Source of the DNA: Octopus vulgaris
Lineage: Eukaryota
Direction: 5' to 3'
Length of the DNA stretch: 64,000 nucleotides
NCBI GenBank assembly: GCA_951406725.2
Contig: OX597819.1
Span: 117,180,001 to 117,244,000 of the forward strand
Part shown: positions 1 through 14,309 of the stretch, one piece after another
Layout of the letters: every line of letters begins with the position of its first letter
Numbering within the stretch: position 1 is the first letter of the stretch
Notes under the pieces: model-generated
What the model was told of the DNA's origin: nothing
The model's database searches: none
What the model saw: only the letters and a program-made list of their open reading frames with translations
Translations under genes and position numbers: made by a program

Positions 1-91
1 AGACACACACATACAGACACACACACACATACACACTCACACTAACACACACATATAAATATGTCTGCGTGTGAGTGTGTTTGTGTATAAC

Positions 92-1247
92 TAGAACTTC
101 GGAGAAAATATCTTACGCTGTTTGTTCTGAGTTTTGCAGTATGATTAGATAGCCAACGAAGGTCAGTTTAGAGCTGCATGCTTCCGTTGCCGGTAAATGT
201 TAGGAATATTCAAGTTTAGCCTGCGCTCAAATTGGAGGTCTTCCAAATCTGTGAGGCACGGTTATTTTCGTTACGAGCTATGCGAGACCAGCCACGTAAG
301 AACCAAATATTTCATACGAAACATCGACTATCTAAAGAGTATTCGCAAGAAAATTTACAGGGTAATCGGTCTAAATTTGACGATATTTTGTCTTCGTTTT
401 TCAGGGATACCTTCATGTATTGGTAACCGTAAACAGCGGGGAAATGCATAGAGATTAAAGATGTAGTAGGGGAAAAGTTAGATGATATGGAGGATGGAAG
501 CCTGCTGAATATTGGTAAAGAATAATATCTATCACGACGAAGCGTGTGGGATATCAAAATATCAACACTATGACTGATGCTCCATACTGTGAATACTGCG
601 AAGAGGGTAGTTGCAATGGAGCCCGCAGGGCGTTGCCAAAAGGAAGTGGCACAGCAGGCGTTCTGACAACGTCTCCATACCGTGGTTTACCCACTAATCT
701 TTAAGCTGGGTTTTCAGTGCAAATTAGAGGGCCATGTGAAGCTACTGGAGACTGAGATCAACCTTGGCTGGAGAGACTTGCTGCAAGGAGGCTATATGGT
801 ATGCGGCAGGATTTGCTTCCTTGTCATATTCACGGAAAGTTCCAGAAGTGGTTGCCGGAGTATCACTACGACTTGACAAGCCTCATTTCAGTCCTCCTAA
901 TTCTTCATGGATCATTAACTGGGGGAAAAGTTTATGGAGGATTGATCTGCTGGTAATGACTGCTGCAAGCAACGCCAAGGCCGAGCTAGTGGGAACATCA
1001 AGGAGCTCTTCGAAGATCTATCCAGAGATAGAGTAAGGAACGCATGTGGCAGGTTCCGGAATCGTCTCCATACTGTGGTGGAAAGTGCGGTCGACTTTTT
1101 TGACTGAACTGTTAAATGCTAGTCATAATCTTGACACTTTTTAATCATTAAAAATAGTTTAAATTTCGGATGTGACATTGTTTTTTATTTATTTCTTTCG
1201 TTTTTTTTCCAGTTAAGCAAACAATGAGATTTTGCCGTCACATTCTA
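92..1247 (+). mobile_element. Degenerate Tc1/mariner-superfamily (maT/DD37D-like) DNA transposon relic
   Basis: Frameshifted translation of ~735-1105 gives VKLLET..PWLER.A, RQDLLPCHIHGKFQKWLPEYHYDLTS, FSPPNS and ACGRFRNRLHTVVESAVDFFD*. This resembles the QQD.APCH / WPPNSPD / C-terminal motifs of DD37D transposases. A TIR-like end at ~1225-1247 is followed by TA. The left boundary is uncertain. Confidence 0.6.
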
Positions 1248-1496
1248 TATTCTTGCATAACAGCATCGGACGTTCAGCTAAAATAGTATAAATGCCTTAT
1301 GGCTTACTGAGTCACCTTTCTGCAGGTTCTAAAAAGATATTTAAATCTTATTTAATGAAGAGTTGGTGGCATAATCGAAAACTATAAGGTGATGTGCATT
1401 TGCATGCTCTGTACTTCTAATTCTCCTGTGCAATATAATCTTTTTTGTCTCTCACTCACTTCCCCTCTCCCTCTCTTACACACTCAACATATTATA

Positions 1497-1552
1497 AGTG
1501 TGTGTATATATATATATATATATATGTATGTTCATATATATCTCTATATGTA

Positions 1553-1592
<40 letters not shown>

Positions 1593-1618
1593 CGTACATA
1601 CATGTACATACATACATG

Positions 1619-1660
<42 letters not shown>

Positions 1661-1673
1661 CATATGCACATAT

Positions 1674-1730
<57 letters not shown>

Positions 1731-1733
1731 CAC
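1497..1733. repeat. Compound (TA)n/(TACA)n/(CA)n microsatellite
   Basis: Directly visible; source of the spurious YI/HT-repeat ORFs. Confidence 0.95.
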
Positions 1734-1811
1734 GCATGTTAGTGTTGTATATGGATAGCTAGTTAGATAGATTTATAGATTGACAGGCAGTGGGACAGAG
1801 TGAGATAGACA

Positions 1812-2709
1812 CGAGGTCTCATCAATGAGAATCCAAACTATTGCCATAGTAATGTTGCTAAACCCTGCAAAATGAAGCTTAGCAAATATTCACCTTAACG
1901 GCTGCTGTGCATACCCACGACGTTTTAACGTCCTAGTTTACTTCAACTGTCTACAGCAGCGCTTGGAAGGAAGGTGTGTAGCGTGTGATCGTCGCATTGA
2001 TCATGACAGAGAAAGCTATCGTGATACCTGCTCAAATGCCTACACAGAGTTCTAAGTTATGGGGAGGAGTGTATGAGTCGCGCACAAGTGTACGAGTGGC
2101 CGAAAAAATGTCATATTGACTAACGTTCTAGCACACCCGCAACCAACAGAACTGAGAAAAACGTTGTAGACATTCGTGCATCATTGAGGGGAAAACGTCA
2201 AATCAAAATCATTGAGTTATGAGAGGATTTGCAAATTAGTTACTGTTCTGTTCAGTCCACTATCACCGAAGATTTGCGTATGAGTCGCATGTGTGCCAAG
2301 TTTGTGCTAAAACTGCTTTCAGCTGACCAAAATCACACATAGCTTTCAGTTGCATAAAGTCTTCTTGACTGTGTTGAGAACGATGAAGAGTTTTGTAAAC
2401 TTTGCGTATGTCTTTGAGCAAGTTAACGACGCTTTTAGAATAAGCTGATGCAGATTCTCAGCAAAACTTTCTCTGTCATGGTTGTAAAGAAATAGGTATA
2501 ATTTTGTAAAGAAATAGGTCAATGCGACGACCACACGCTACACACCTTCCTTCCAAGCACTGCTCCAAACAGCGGAAGTGAGCTAGAGCATCAAAAGTTA
2601 GAGCGCAGTGACAGCACAGTTTAAGGTGAATCTGTGCCCAGCAGCTTCACTCTGCGTGCTATAGCGTCGTTACTATGGCAACAGTCCGGATACTTACTTA
2701 TTGATGAGA
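1812..2709 (+). mobile_element. Mariner-derived non-autonomous foldback element (5' end duplicated in inverted orientation)
   Basis: Starts CGAGGTCTCATCAAT. 2003-2390 encodes a broken mariner N-terminus (YGEECMSRAQVYEW...TEKNVVDIR...ISYCSVQSTITEDLRMSRMCAKFVLKLLSADQ). 2390-2709 is the reverse complement of the TIR, 5'UTR and first ~30 codons. Confidence 0.8.
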
Positions 2710-2864
2710 GAGATAAAGAGAGAGGAGAGAGGAAAGAGAGAGAAGAGCGACGAGAGAGAGAGGGCAGAGAATGTAGAATGAGAGAGAGAAGAGAGAGAAA
2801 AAAGGGCAGAGTGCGAAGAAAAAAGAGAGTGACAGAAAGAGAGAGAGAGAGAGAGTGAGAGAGA
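2704..2864. repeat. GA-rich low-complexity/(GA)n tract
   Basis: Directly visible. Confidence 0.9.
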
Positions 2865-3469
2865 AAACTATCAGCAAATAAGTGACTACACTGTTCACCT
2901 TGAGGTTTATTTAATCTCCGTCTCCGGCATTTTGATTGCTAAATATCTTGTCTCTTCCTTTCCAGCATCACCTATACATTCGGATAATTCTAAAATTTCT
3001 TCAGTCATTCAGAGATAAGTGAGCAGTGAGCGTCTTTGATAAAGAAGCCACAAAAAATATCGGTATTTAGTAAGTGGACTGAAAGGTCAATTAGAGATCT
3101 TGAAGTAGGAGTCGAATATACGTCATAAATATCATAGAATCTTTTTTCTAATCATGCTTCATGGTTGACATTTACAAAATTGACTTCACAGCTACGTACG
3201 CACGTGTTACATACATAGAATACTACAGGCTTCCATCATATAAAGACAAACATCTACATGCAAATACACGTCATATGCACGTCACATAAATATGCTCGAG
3301 CACACACACCTTTCAGGGAATGGGGGTGCATCTGTGTCTTAGATACATATACACCCCACAATACATTTATAAGCATGTATACATATATGTATGTATATAT
3401 GTATGTATGTACGTATGTATGTATGTATATATATATATATATATACTTGCATATATATATATGTGTATA

Positions 3470-3531
<62 letters not shown>

Positions 3532-4156
3532 ATTTTGACAAATTAAACTTAAATGTTGAAGTGAATCGAACGGCTGTTGTGTGTTTCTTAAATGGCTTAC
3601 AAACACCTTCCACGCTGCAATTGTTTTCGTTTCAGCACACGATCTCAGATCAAATCACTTGCTATGCGAGTACATCTCCGTAATATATATATTCATATGA
3701 ATGAAAGTGGATCTGTTGTATGTCTGTAAATTTGTATACGCATCGCTTAGTGCATGAATGAATATATATGGGAATGGCTTCCTATTAATTTTTTCATTGA
3801 TTTACTATGAGCTCGTTTTGATAAAAAGTTTTATTATCTGTCTCCTTTCCATTTTTTCTCCTGTTATTTTTTCTCCGAATCTTCCTTTGGCTAGACCAAG
3901 TCTCAAGTTTAATGATGTTTAGTGAATGCAAATCACGTTCTTGAAAACATAGTTCTGTTATTGTTATGTAAACAAGACTATGAGATTAGCGAAGAAATAA
4001 AATAAAATATCGATCACACTTACAGGAATTAGTTTGCCTTCCTATGCTAATTTTAAAAAATTTAATTGAATATTTTGAGACTTAACTATAAAGGAAATAT
4101 AAAAAAGGAGGGCCTACACTTAGAATGCATGTTTTGTTTTTAACATCTGTTGTAAG

Positions 4157-4203
4157 ATCGCCACAAATTTTGGTTTCCTTGTTTAAGATTCGTCAGTGGC
4201 AAT
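4157..4203 (-). ncRNA. Degenerate type I hammerhead ribozyme motif
   Basis: Minus strand: AUUGCCA-CUGACGA-aucuuaaacaag-GAAAC-caaaauuug-UGGCGAU. Stem I has 7 bp and the core boxes are intact, but there is no valid NUH cleavage triplet. Confidence 0.5.
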
Positions 4204-4462
4204 ATTAAAGCAGTGTCGATCATTGCAGTCTGTTACAAAAACGGAAGCACAGGGAGTAGTTTATTGATTCCTGATAATCGTTTGTGATCCAGTCAGCTAG
4301 CTCAGATAAATGGAAGACAAAAACTATAGGCCACAAGCTTTATTTACATGGATCAACGCCTGTCAATCTGGCGCTGGTTCTGCACTTCTGCGCTACGCTC
4401 ATCTATTTCGTCTTAAACATCCTTGTTATTTAAAGAAAATTAAACTAGAATATATATATATA

Positions 4463-4666
4463 TACCCACCAGGGGCTAAACACAGAGAGGACAAACAAAG
4501 ACAGAGAAACGGATTAAGTAGATTACATTGACCCCGGTGCGTAACTGGTACTTAATTTATCGACCCCGAAAGGATGAAAGGCAAAGTCGACCTCGGCGGA
4601 ATTTGAACTCAGAACGTAACGGCAGACGAAATACCGCTAAGCATTTCGCCCGGCGTGCTAACGATT
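4463..4666 (-). mobile_element. tRNA-derived SINE, family A (5'-truncated)
   Basis: Matches the copies at 8027, 12601, 32607, 35011 and 44320. B-box GAGTTCAAATTCC and body GTCGACTTTGCCTTTCATCCTTTCGGGGTCGATAAA. Confidence 0.9.
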
Positions 4667-4694
4667 ATATATATATATATATATATATATAATT

Positions 4695-4739
4695 ATAATT
4701 AGGGTTCAGCCCAAAAATTTTTGGCTGAACCCTAATTAT
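4695..4739. repeat. Near-perfect 45-bp palindrome
   Basis: ATAATTAGGGTTCAGCC-C-AAAAA|TTTTT-GGCTGAACCCTAATTAT. Confidence 0.9.
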
Positions 4740-5952
4740 TATTATATTCATAATTATATAAAGTAATGTTTAAGTTTACCCTAAATGGTATTCCTACATG
4801 CTGAACGCTACTTGGTTGAATTATTAATTACTAATTAAATAATTAATTTTACCCTTTCTTATTATTGATTATATATATATATATTTAAGTGTATATATAT
4901 ATATATATACATATATACATATACATACACACACACACGCATGTGATATATATATACATATATCACATTCGAAGTCAAGTCATCCAGCATGATGAAAGAT
5001 GCGATATAACAATGTACACATGCAGCATTACCAGCGCCGTTAAGTACGTTTAACTGTCGCTTCTAAGAAACGATGAGCTCCATTGTGCAGTTGTTTAAAA
5101 GCATTTTAACAAAGCTTGGATCCTGCGATATCTAACTAAACAATGAAATCAGATATGATCATCCTACACGTTCCTTACGTTCATTCGCAGAAAACGTTCA
5201 ACGTATATGTATGTTCATACATACTGCTATAATTTGCATTATCTGTATAATATCCGTTGCTTTGTCATATACATCACATAAAAATTTAGAACCATGTACG
5301 TCTCTGTCTACATTTCTGATATTAACTTCCTATACATACAGTCGTGATATAACCTATTTTCAGATGGAGATCATACCGCCATTTCGGAAGAATAATAACG
5401 CCCCAACATTTGTCAATTCTCGAGCTTTGCTTCCAGTGAGATTTAAATCAAGGATGATGTTTGAAAATTAGCAAGATGTCTGCACTACATTTATTGGAAG
5501 GTCTTGAAATGTTTGTTTTGGAAAATATTTGAAATCCTCTTTGAACTTGATATTTATATCCGACTGTGAGAATTATAAAAAATTTAGTATGTTTCACAAA
5601 CATTTAACTGATGATACTTAGAGCTGCATTTTTGATCTGCATTTCGGAGAAAGTTATTTTGTTGAATTTTTTTATCAATAATCAAATATTTATTCTGAAG
5701 TTGGATTGTAAAATGTTGTGAGCCAACATATCTCACATAATATATTCTTAAAGCCCTCAACTATTTTACAGGCAATCTCAGGAAATATCCAGAAGGTAGA
5801 ATATAATCGGTCGAAAGTAACTACTTGTTGCATTTTTAGTTCACTAAACTATCCCAACACTGACACTATTTATTCTAATCCGGTTTGAATTCTGATTATT
5901 ACATACTCATGTTTCTCACAAAAAATTATTTTCTAACATACGTTATCATCTT

Positions 5953-6502
<550 letters not shown>

Positions 6503-6619
6503 AGAATACATAATCATGTTGCTGATAAGAAGCCAATGTATATTAGGAAGAGAAATTGTTTTCATAAAGAAAAGTGGCCTCCCTTAGCCACAATACTAAT
6601 TCTTTCTTTCCTCTTTTCT

Positions 6620-6860
6620 CTTTTACTTCTTTCAGTCATTTGACCGCGACCTCGCTGGGGTCAAATATCTTGAAGGTATTTAGTTGAGCACATCAACTCC
6701 AGGATTAAATTTTCAAAGTCTTGCACTTATTCCATCCCTCTCTTTTACCAAACCGCTAAGTTACGGGGACGTAAACACATCAACTCCGATGGCAATTCCC
6801 CAAGGTGTCACGCAGTGCAACTGAACCTGGGACAATGAAGTTGAGAATCAAGCCCTTGTC
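6620..6860 (-). mobile_element. SINE family B, degenerate and internally deleted
   Basis: TTTCAGTCATTTGAC...ACCGCTAAGTTACGGGGACGTAAAC...CAAGGTGTCACGCAGTG, matching 61276-61710. Confidence 0.75.
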
Positions 6861-8026
6861 CCTGTAAAACATTTTACTTGAATGTGATTGTAAAATTCCC
6901 AGAGCGGTATCGGATCAGCAATCAAGAATTGATATAATGCTAATTTAATATTCGTTAAATTGCCTTTCTGCGCTACGTTTACATTCAAGAGAGTTACTCC
7001 ATTGAACTGATACGCTTAGAGTTTGATATTTTACCAATCACAAATGAAAAATATGTTTGCTCAATTACAAATTATATTTCATATAAAATACTGTGATGCG
7101 TTTAAACGGGCTCGCTACTGCTTTACGCTTTTCAAAATTTTCAAAAACAAAATGAAATTTGGTGAATGTCATTGATTTATCGATATATTTATGGAATCCC
7201 GATTTTAATTTAATTTAATGTAATTTGTAGAGTTGATAGAGGCAATGTTGTAAATTAAAAGTTTATCTAATTTTCCTCATTAATAACCATTTGATTACAC
7301 GCATAGCTTCCATTTATTCGCTTTCATTGGAGTATTCGAATGAATTTAATTAGTTTTGTCAGCGTATTGTTATCTAACATTTGAAAGGTTATCGAGATAA
7401 TTACAAAAATGAAACGTTTCTCTGACCCTACTAAGTGTCTCTTTGCACGAATTGCCAATATATAAGATTCCGAAAGGTCGAGTCTGGTCTTCATTTGTCA
7501 AATTCGGATGGCACCATTTGTATGCAGTTTTAGCTCTCTACGACCTTCATTTACCACCTCCGGTTCTATGTAACTCATCAGTTATGAAGTTCATATTCTT
7601 CTTTTTATACCGAAACGATTCAATTTCTGTTATTCGCTACATCTCTCTGCAATCGACAGCCACAGGATTTTACATTGTAATCTTGGAAATGTTGAACCCG
7701 TTATATATCTCCTTTACTGTCTTACTGATTTCGAATTCTAGCCAGTTCCAAACGTATCAGATAGTCGATTGTAGTTCCACACATCATTCACCAAAGGTGT
7801 TATTGCCTTTTGACATTTTACACACTGACAATTTATAAAAAGGGAGTCGATTGTTTTCATAAACAATAAACACAATGAAAATGAAAATAAGTGATCCAGC
7901 AGTGTATAATAACGCAAAAAGTAATAAAAGAAATAAATCAAAAGTTATACATTTCTAGCACTAATATTTTGGTAAATAGAATGTCAAATGAAGACGAAAA
8001 TATTACAACCATCCCCAATTAAATAT

Positions 8027-8256
8027 TTTTCTTTACTACCCACAAGGGGCTAAACACAGAGGGGACAAACAAGGACAGACAAAGGGATTAAGTCGATTAC
8101 ATCGACCCCAGTGCGTAACTGGTGCTTAATTTATCGACCCCGAAAGGATGAAAGGCAAAGTCGACCTTGGCGGAATTTGAACTTGGAACGTACGGCAGAC
8201 GAAATACGGCTACGCATTTCGTCTGGCGTGCTAACGTTTCTGCCAGCTCGCCGCCT
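8027..8256 (-). mobile_element. tRNA-derived SINE, family A, full length
   Basis: Head GGCGGCGAGCTGGCAGAAACGTTAGC, B-box, tail CCCCTTGTGGGTAGTAAAGAAA. AATTAAATA occurs on both flanks. Confidence 0.92.
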
Positions 8257-8329
8257 TAATAAAATTAAATAACCGGCTCTGAATGTGGAAGCAGGAATAG
8301 CAAAGTTTATCATACAGGAATAGCGAAAG

Positions 8330-9320
8330 CTTAGTGGGTATAATTAAAGGAATGTCTACAATGGCATAAACCACAAGTGGCAATGTAGATAGTGTGGAAG
8401 ATATCCCGGGATAATACATTGCATTTTATAAGGTTGCCCCACATTTACTTCTAGAGACCTATTCTGTTGATTGAATATCAAAGCAAATGTGCGCTCCATA
8501 CATCTTGGCACTAAATATTAATTCCTTCAGAAAAGTATCTCACTGAAAAGAAGCTAAATCTAATTTGAAAAATGACAAATGGAACGGAATACAGAACATC
8601 GTAGAACTAAAATATCAGCTGACATAATATACCTGGATCAGTGTTATATGCCAGGAACAGCAAGTAATAACTACTTAATGACACCACAATATTAATTAAC
8701 AAGAAATAGAAATTGAAAGTCGAGGAGGCAAATGTTAGCTTTGAGAAGGACTAAGAAGGTATTAGCGGAGATAATAAGACATAAATGCTGGAAACTGGAG
8801 TAAACACAGGATTTTAGAATGCTCTACTATGGATGTATTACGAAACACTCCTACAATACAGTTCAAAATTTATAGTAGGTAAATTGTGCTGCAGCAATGA
8901 TTGATAACTACAGGACACGATGAGAAAATATTGCGAGATATTATAGGAAATCACCCACAGAAATGTGTGGTTCAAAACGTATGAAATATCAAGAAGTTGT
9001 AAAAATAATAAACAAAATTGTTTCTAGCCATTAATACCAGCTAACCGAGAATGTATCGCTAGTTCTGACCCACTCAATAATTTCAAGGGAAGGACATTTT
9101 ATCTACCTTTTACCAGAGAAAATATAACAGATTGCAAAAGCATATAGGAAAGGTTTTCAGAGTATGACTTTAGTCTGAAATATAGAGAATAAGAAACCGG
9201 ATGTTGTCAAGGCAATCTGAAATGAAAAGTATCCTGCCTGAACTGTCAATAGCAGTAATGATATGGTATTTGTTGAAGTAATCGAAAAAGTGTTCAAATA
9301 TGTAAATCAGCAAAATGGGT
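8330..9320 (+). pseudogene. Possible very old R4/Dong-like LINE 3' remnant ending in (TAA)n
   Basis: Only scattered motif traces (NVD....IP, QEQ, HD) in the expected order, followed by (TAA)n at 9325-9432. Confidence 0.3.
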
Positions 9321-9349
9321 GGAATAAATAATGATGATGGTAATAATAA

Positions 9350-9432
<83 letters not shown>

Positions 9433-9599
9433 GAGCAAAAATTTAAAAAGTGGTAATAAAGCTCATGATATTTTGCTACTGCTGATGACGATGATGACGA
9501 TGATGATAATAATAGTGATGATAGCGACGGCGACGACGATGATACGAATAATGACGAAGACGATGCGGATGTTTCATTTCATTTACCATTGATACGCTA

Positions 9600-10970
9600 G
9601 ACAAGGTGGTCACTAAAACGTCAGGTTAGAGATGAAACTAGAACTGATGAATGAAATGGCACATGTGATGAGAATGGAAGCAGCCAAATGAGAAAGTAGA
9701 GAAAATTGCGAATGCATGGACAATACACTTCTCCCGATAGAAGCAATATACCAACTAGATGTAATCAGGGTTGCCCTGATCACCAAATACAAAATCCCTC
9801 AAACAACTTTTGTTTCAAAGCTTAAATGCACATATTTTGCGTAATTATATTCATGCTCATGTTTTCACTGCATTCACTAACCTTTTGCATAAACGCACTG
9901 TCTACTGAAAAGCACCTTCCTCTCAATACTCACTTATTTTCAAAAACCTATGAGGGTCTGGATGAGGAGTAAATTCATTGACATCATGTTGTAGTTGACG
10001 CCCCAAGGTGTGAAATGGGCTGCGCCACTACTAATACACAAGGTTCACAAGAAGGATGCTGAATGGTTGCAAGAAATGAGACAAAGAGTGGTCTGTCCAA
10101 AACAAGTAGATCGTGTGTTTTCAGTCAGCGAAGTGAAAGAAATCAGCAGAAAATGGGCAAATGGAAGGCCCCAGGACCAAATGAATTTCAAGGCTACTGG
10201 ATCAAAAGATTTGGTGAATGTCGAGCACGAATAGCTGCACACACAAATCTACATCTTGTTAAATGCCAACCAATTAACATCAGCGTGGTTGACAACGGGT
10301 AGAACATTGCTGTCCTTGAAAATCATCGAAAAAGGCAATACGGTAGACAATTACAATCTGATATACTGCTTGCCATTTATGTGGAAATTATTAACTGGAG
10401 GAAAACTAACTTAGCCATGGCATGGATCGATTGTCATAAGGCGTACGATATGATCCCACATTCTTGGGTTATTGAATGTATGAACCTATTTGGTATTGCA
10501 TCGAATGCCGAGCGATTACTTGGAAAAAGTATGACGAAGTGGACGGTGGATCTGTTAGTATATGAGAGAAGTTTAGGGACGATAGAAAACAGGAGAGACA
10601 TCTTCCAAGGAGACTGCATGTCTCCACTGATCTTCATAATGTGCATGACACCACTAACTCTGATTCGGAGGAAAACATAGGCTGGGTATGTATTCAAAAA
10701 CCGCCAACAGAATGTCAACCATTTGTTATTCATGGATGACCTCCAACTTTATGTTAAAGATAAATCACAAATAGGTTCCCTCATTCATACGGTATATGCT
10801 TTCAGTGTTGATACCAGATTGAAATTCGGAATGAAAGAGTGTGGTGTGTTGGTCTTGAACAAAGGCAAAATCAGGTGTATGGACGAGCTAACGATGCCGT
10901 CGGGTGAGATTTTGAAGCAAATAGAAGAGACGGGCTATACGTACTTGGGGATGAAAGGATTTAAAAAATG
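9600..10970 (+). pseudogene. Degenerate R4/Dong-clade non-LTR reverse transcriptase fragment
   Basis: KWKAPGPNEFQGYWIKRF, WLTTGRT, MWKLLTG, MAWIDCHKAYDMIPHSW, IFQGDCMSPL, HLLFMDDL, YTYLG, with stops and frameshifts. Interrupted at ~9720-10040 and flanked by TAA/GAT tracts. Confidence 0.9.
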
Positions 10971-11065
10971 GAAAGAAAGCAAGTATACACGGTATACACA
11001 GAAAAAGAAGGGACATACGTACAGTATACAAAGTTTTAAATAGAAAATGGCAGGGAGGATGAAAG

Positions 11066-11128
11066 ATAATAATAATAATAATGATGATAATGATGATAAT
11101 GATAATATTAATAATAATGACAATAATG

Positions 11129-11194
<66 letters not shown>

Positions 11195-11350
11195 GTAATA
11201 GTAAAATGGATGATGATGATAATAATGATGAAGATGTTGATGATGATGGTGATGGTGGTGGTGATGATGATATTGACGAGTACAATAATAACGTTGAAAA
11301 TGTTGGGTAATGATGATGATTATGGTGACGACGAGGGCGATGATGATAAG
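11066..11350. repeat. (TAA)n/(GAT)n compound trinucleotide repeat
   Basis: Directly visible. Confidence 0.95.
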
Positions 11351-12405
11351 TGCCGTGATTAAAGGGGTTTTAACGATCTGAATGTTATCAGTAAACATAA
11401 TGGATTTCCAGTGTAGTAAAGGTCTTTCATTAATGAATGACTCTAAGTAGGCGCAAGTTACTTTGAAATTTCATAGCACAAATTCAACAGCAAAAAACAA
11501 TCAGCAGAAGAAATTTCAAAGAAAATGGATTAAATGATAGTAGAAGCGTAAACACTGACAAGCGGTGAAATCAAGAGTTATTGAAACGGAAATACTTGTC
11601 ACGCACAATGCTATGTGAGTAAGATATTGTAACATCCAAAATACAACATTTAACCTCGACATAGCTTTAAATTCCCTTTGAGATTGAAAGCAAAATTATA
11701 AGTAAATCTCTGAATCGATTTAACTAAAAAGACTTCTTTATTTCTGTTAGTCTATTGTTTACATAATTAATATCAGAGTATTGGCGTATATTTTTAATGA
11801 TAAATTTTATCTTAATTGTTTATTCCCGAATGGATATATTTGTGTATGGCTTAGCTCTTGAGAAATTTGCCATTAATGAAGACGTAGAAATACTTTATAT
11901 TTCATGTTACAACATATATTATTAATATATTATAATATATATATATTATAGACGTATCGACATACCCGGTGTTTTTCCAATGTGATTTCAAACATATTCT
12001 ATATGGAAAACATGATATTAATAGATAATGAGGTTCACCGATATCGGACTGCAAAGACGCAATAACACCCTGCGAATAGAGAGGAGAATATAAAAGTTCC
12101 TACGGTATAAACACACACACACGTTCATCTACAAACGCACATATATTTGCATAGAATGGGTTATTTCAGGCTTATGTAGTATAGATAGTCAACAGCCTCG
12201 TAATTGACATTAAGTATAGCACAAATAAATAGTGGCTATAAGTGCAATTGTCATGAAAGGGGTAAGAATTAAGAAAGACAGTCACACAATAAGAAATAAA
12301 CAATATTTTAAATGAAAAGTTGTATATAAATATGCCTTTTTTGTGTTCTTATTTGTCTGTCTTGCTACTTATATGTGTGTGTTTGTGTACATGCGTTTGT
12401 GTGTT

Positions 12406-12472
<67 letters not shown>

Positions 12473-12600
12473 ATCTGTTAGTCTAATACTGTTTATATTA
12501 AAAAGAAAGGTAGCAAATATGATCTCTTTCAGTTTTTCAGGTTTTCGCCAGAAACCATGGGGAAAGAAGAGAAAGGCGTTACCTGAAAGGTATACAATTA

Positions 12601-12830
12601 AGGCGGCGAGCTGGCAGAAGCGTTAGCACACCGGGCGAAATGCTAAGCGGTACCTCGTCTGTCGCTACGTTCTGAGTTCAAATTCCGCCGTGGTCGACTT
12701 TGCCTTTCATCCTTTCGGGGTCGATTAAATAAGTACCAGTTACGTACTGGGTTGATATAATCGACTTAATCCGTTTGTCTCTCCTTGTTTGTCCCCTCTG
12801 TGTTTAGCTCCTTGTGGGTAGTAAAGAAAT
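12601..12830 (+). mobile_element. tRNA-derived SINE, family A, full length with TSD
   Basis: 12-bp TSD AGGTATACAATT at 12588-12599 and 12831-12842; A/B boxes present. Confidence 0.95.
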
Positions 12831-14309
12831 AGGTATACAATTGTTCCTAATACTCGAAGCGGTGTAATTTCAGGTAAATGAAACCAAGTAAAAAATAGTG
12901 AATTGAAAGCGGATGGCAGTTTCATCTATTATCAAACAGAGATCACTTATAGCCGGATACCATAAAGCATTGCTTGTTGACGAACGTTCTAAAATTTCCA
13001 TGCATTGGACATTTTATTTACTGCTGCATTGGAACAGAAAAGAATTTGATCAGTTCGAGACGATGAATGTCAAAGCTAAATTCATGTTTGAACTCTGCAT
13101 ACAATGAGTCGTCACTTAAAAAAACAACAACGACGCACAACTAATTTGTTGCAGTTCTAATGACATTGTAAATGCTATTCAAAGTCTTTAACATAATCAA
13201 CCTATTCTATTTACTCAGAGCGAATTTTATAACTGCAGTAATGTGAAACAATAAATCATTTCTATTTACAAGTTTCTGATTTATTATTTTTACGTGAACA
13301 TGATCCTTTGAGGAAGAAAAATAGTTATTCTCTTTTACCTGGAAGTTTAGATTTAAAAACAATAAATGTGATTTATCGTTTGGTAAATGCAAATAAATAA
13401 TATTTCAAATTATGAATAAAATGCGAAGATAAAAATAAGCAAACTAGAGGTTTAAATGTCAGAGGCAAAAAAAGAAAATCAATAACAAGTAGATGATAGA
13501 TTGTAATAATACATTACAAAGACTATTATTTGTGTATTATAAATAAGTGTTCACTAGGCTGGTATGTTCCAACAACATAAATTTTTATATGTTCCCAAAA
13601 TTTAAGACAACAGTACACTGTATATTTTTCTTCTACGCATATTTTGAAATAAAAACATAATATTGTACTTTACATGTTAACAGTTATCTGATCTTTTAAT
13701 CATCCTCCCTTCAATGTTATAATTAAAATATTAAAAAAATATTTGCTTCTCATACTTAGATGTTTACAATTGAAGAATTTTTCTTGTTCAATAGTATAAA
13801 GGTAAAAAGTATGTTACAGTATGCCTGTATGAACTTCTATTAAATGATGCTTAAATACTGTTTACTTGCTTTGGTAAGTACTGGTTTAGCTGCGGCATAG
13901 GATACTGGTTCATATCCAATGGCCCCAGTATTGAACATCACATTTAGTAAAAATGTCATCGTGTTGATGTATCTAAATTTAAGATCTAATTGCATATTTT
14001 GGTATTTCTTCATGATATTTTTTTTAATAATTTGGTGGCTATATAAAATGCAGCTTCCAATGCAGTTGTGATTATATACAGCAAAGAAAATTACTGCATA
14101 AAATCACAAAAACTTACAAAATCAATACATATGCACAATTGACATATAATTTGAATAAGTACAATTCTTATAAACGCACTGGACAAGAATTTCTACAGAC
14201 GTTCGAGCATCCTCTGATTAAAAAAGAACACATTTTAGTGGAATATAAAATCAAATGTTATTGAAGATTTAAGGTGTTGCAATAAGGGACAGGATATGTA
14301 ACATTTCCG

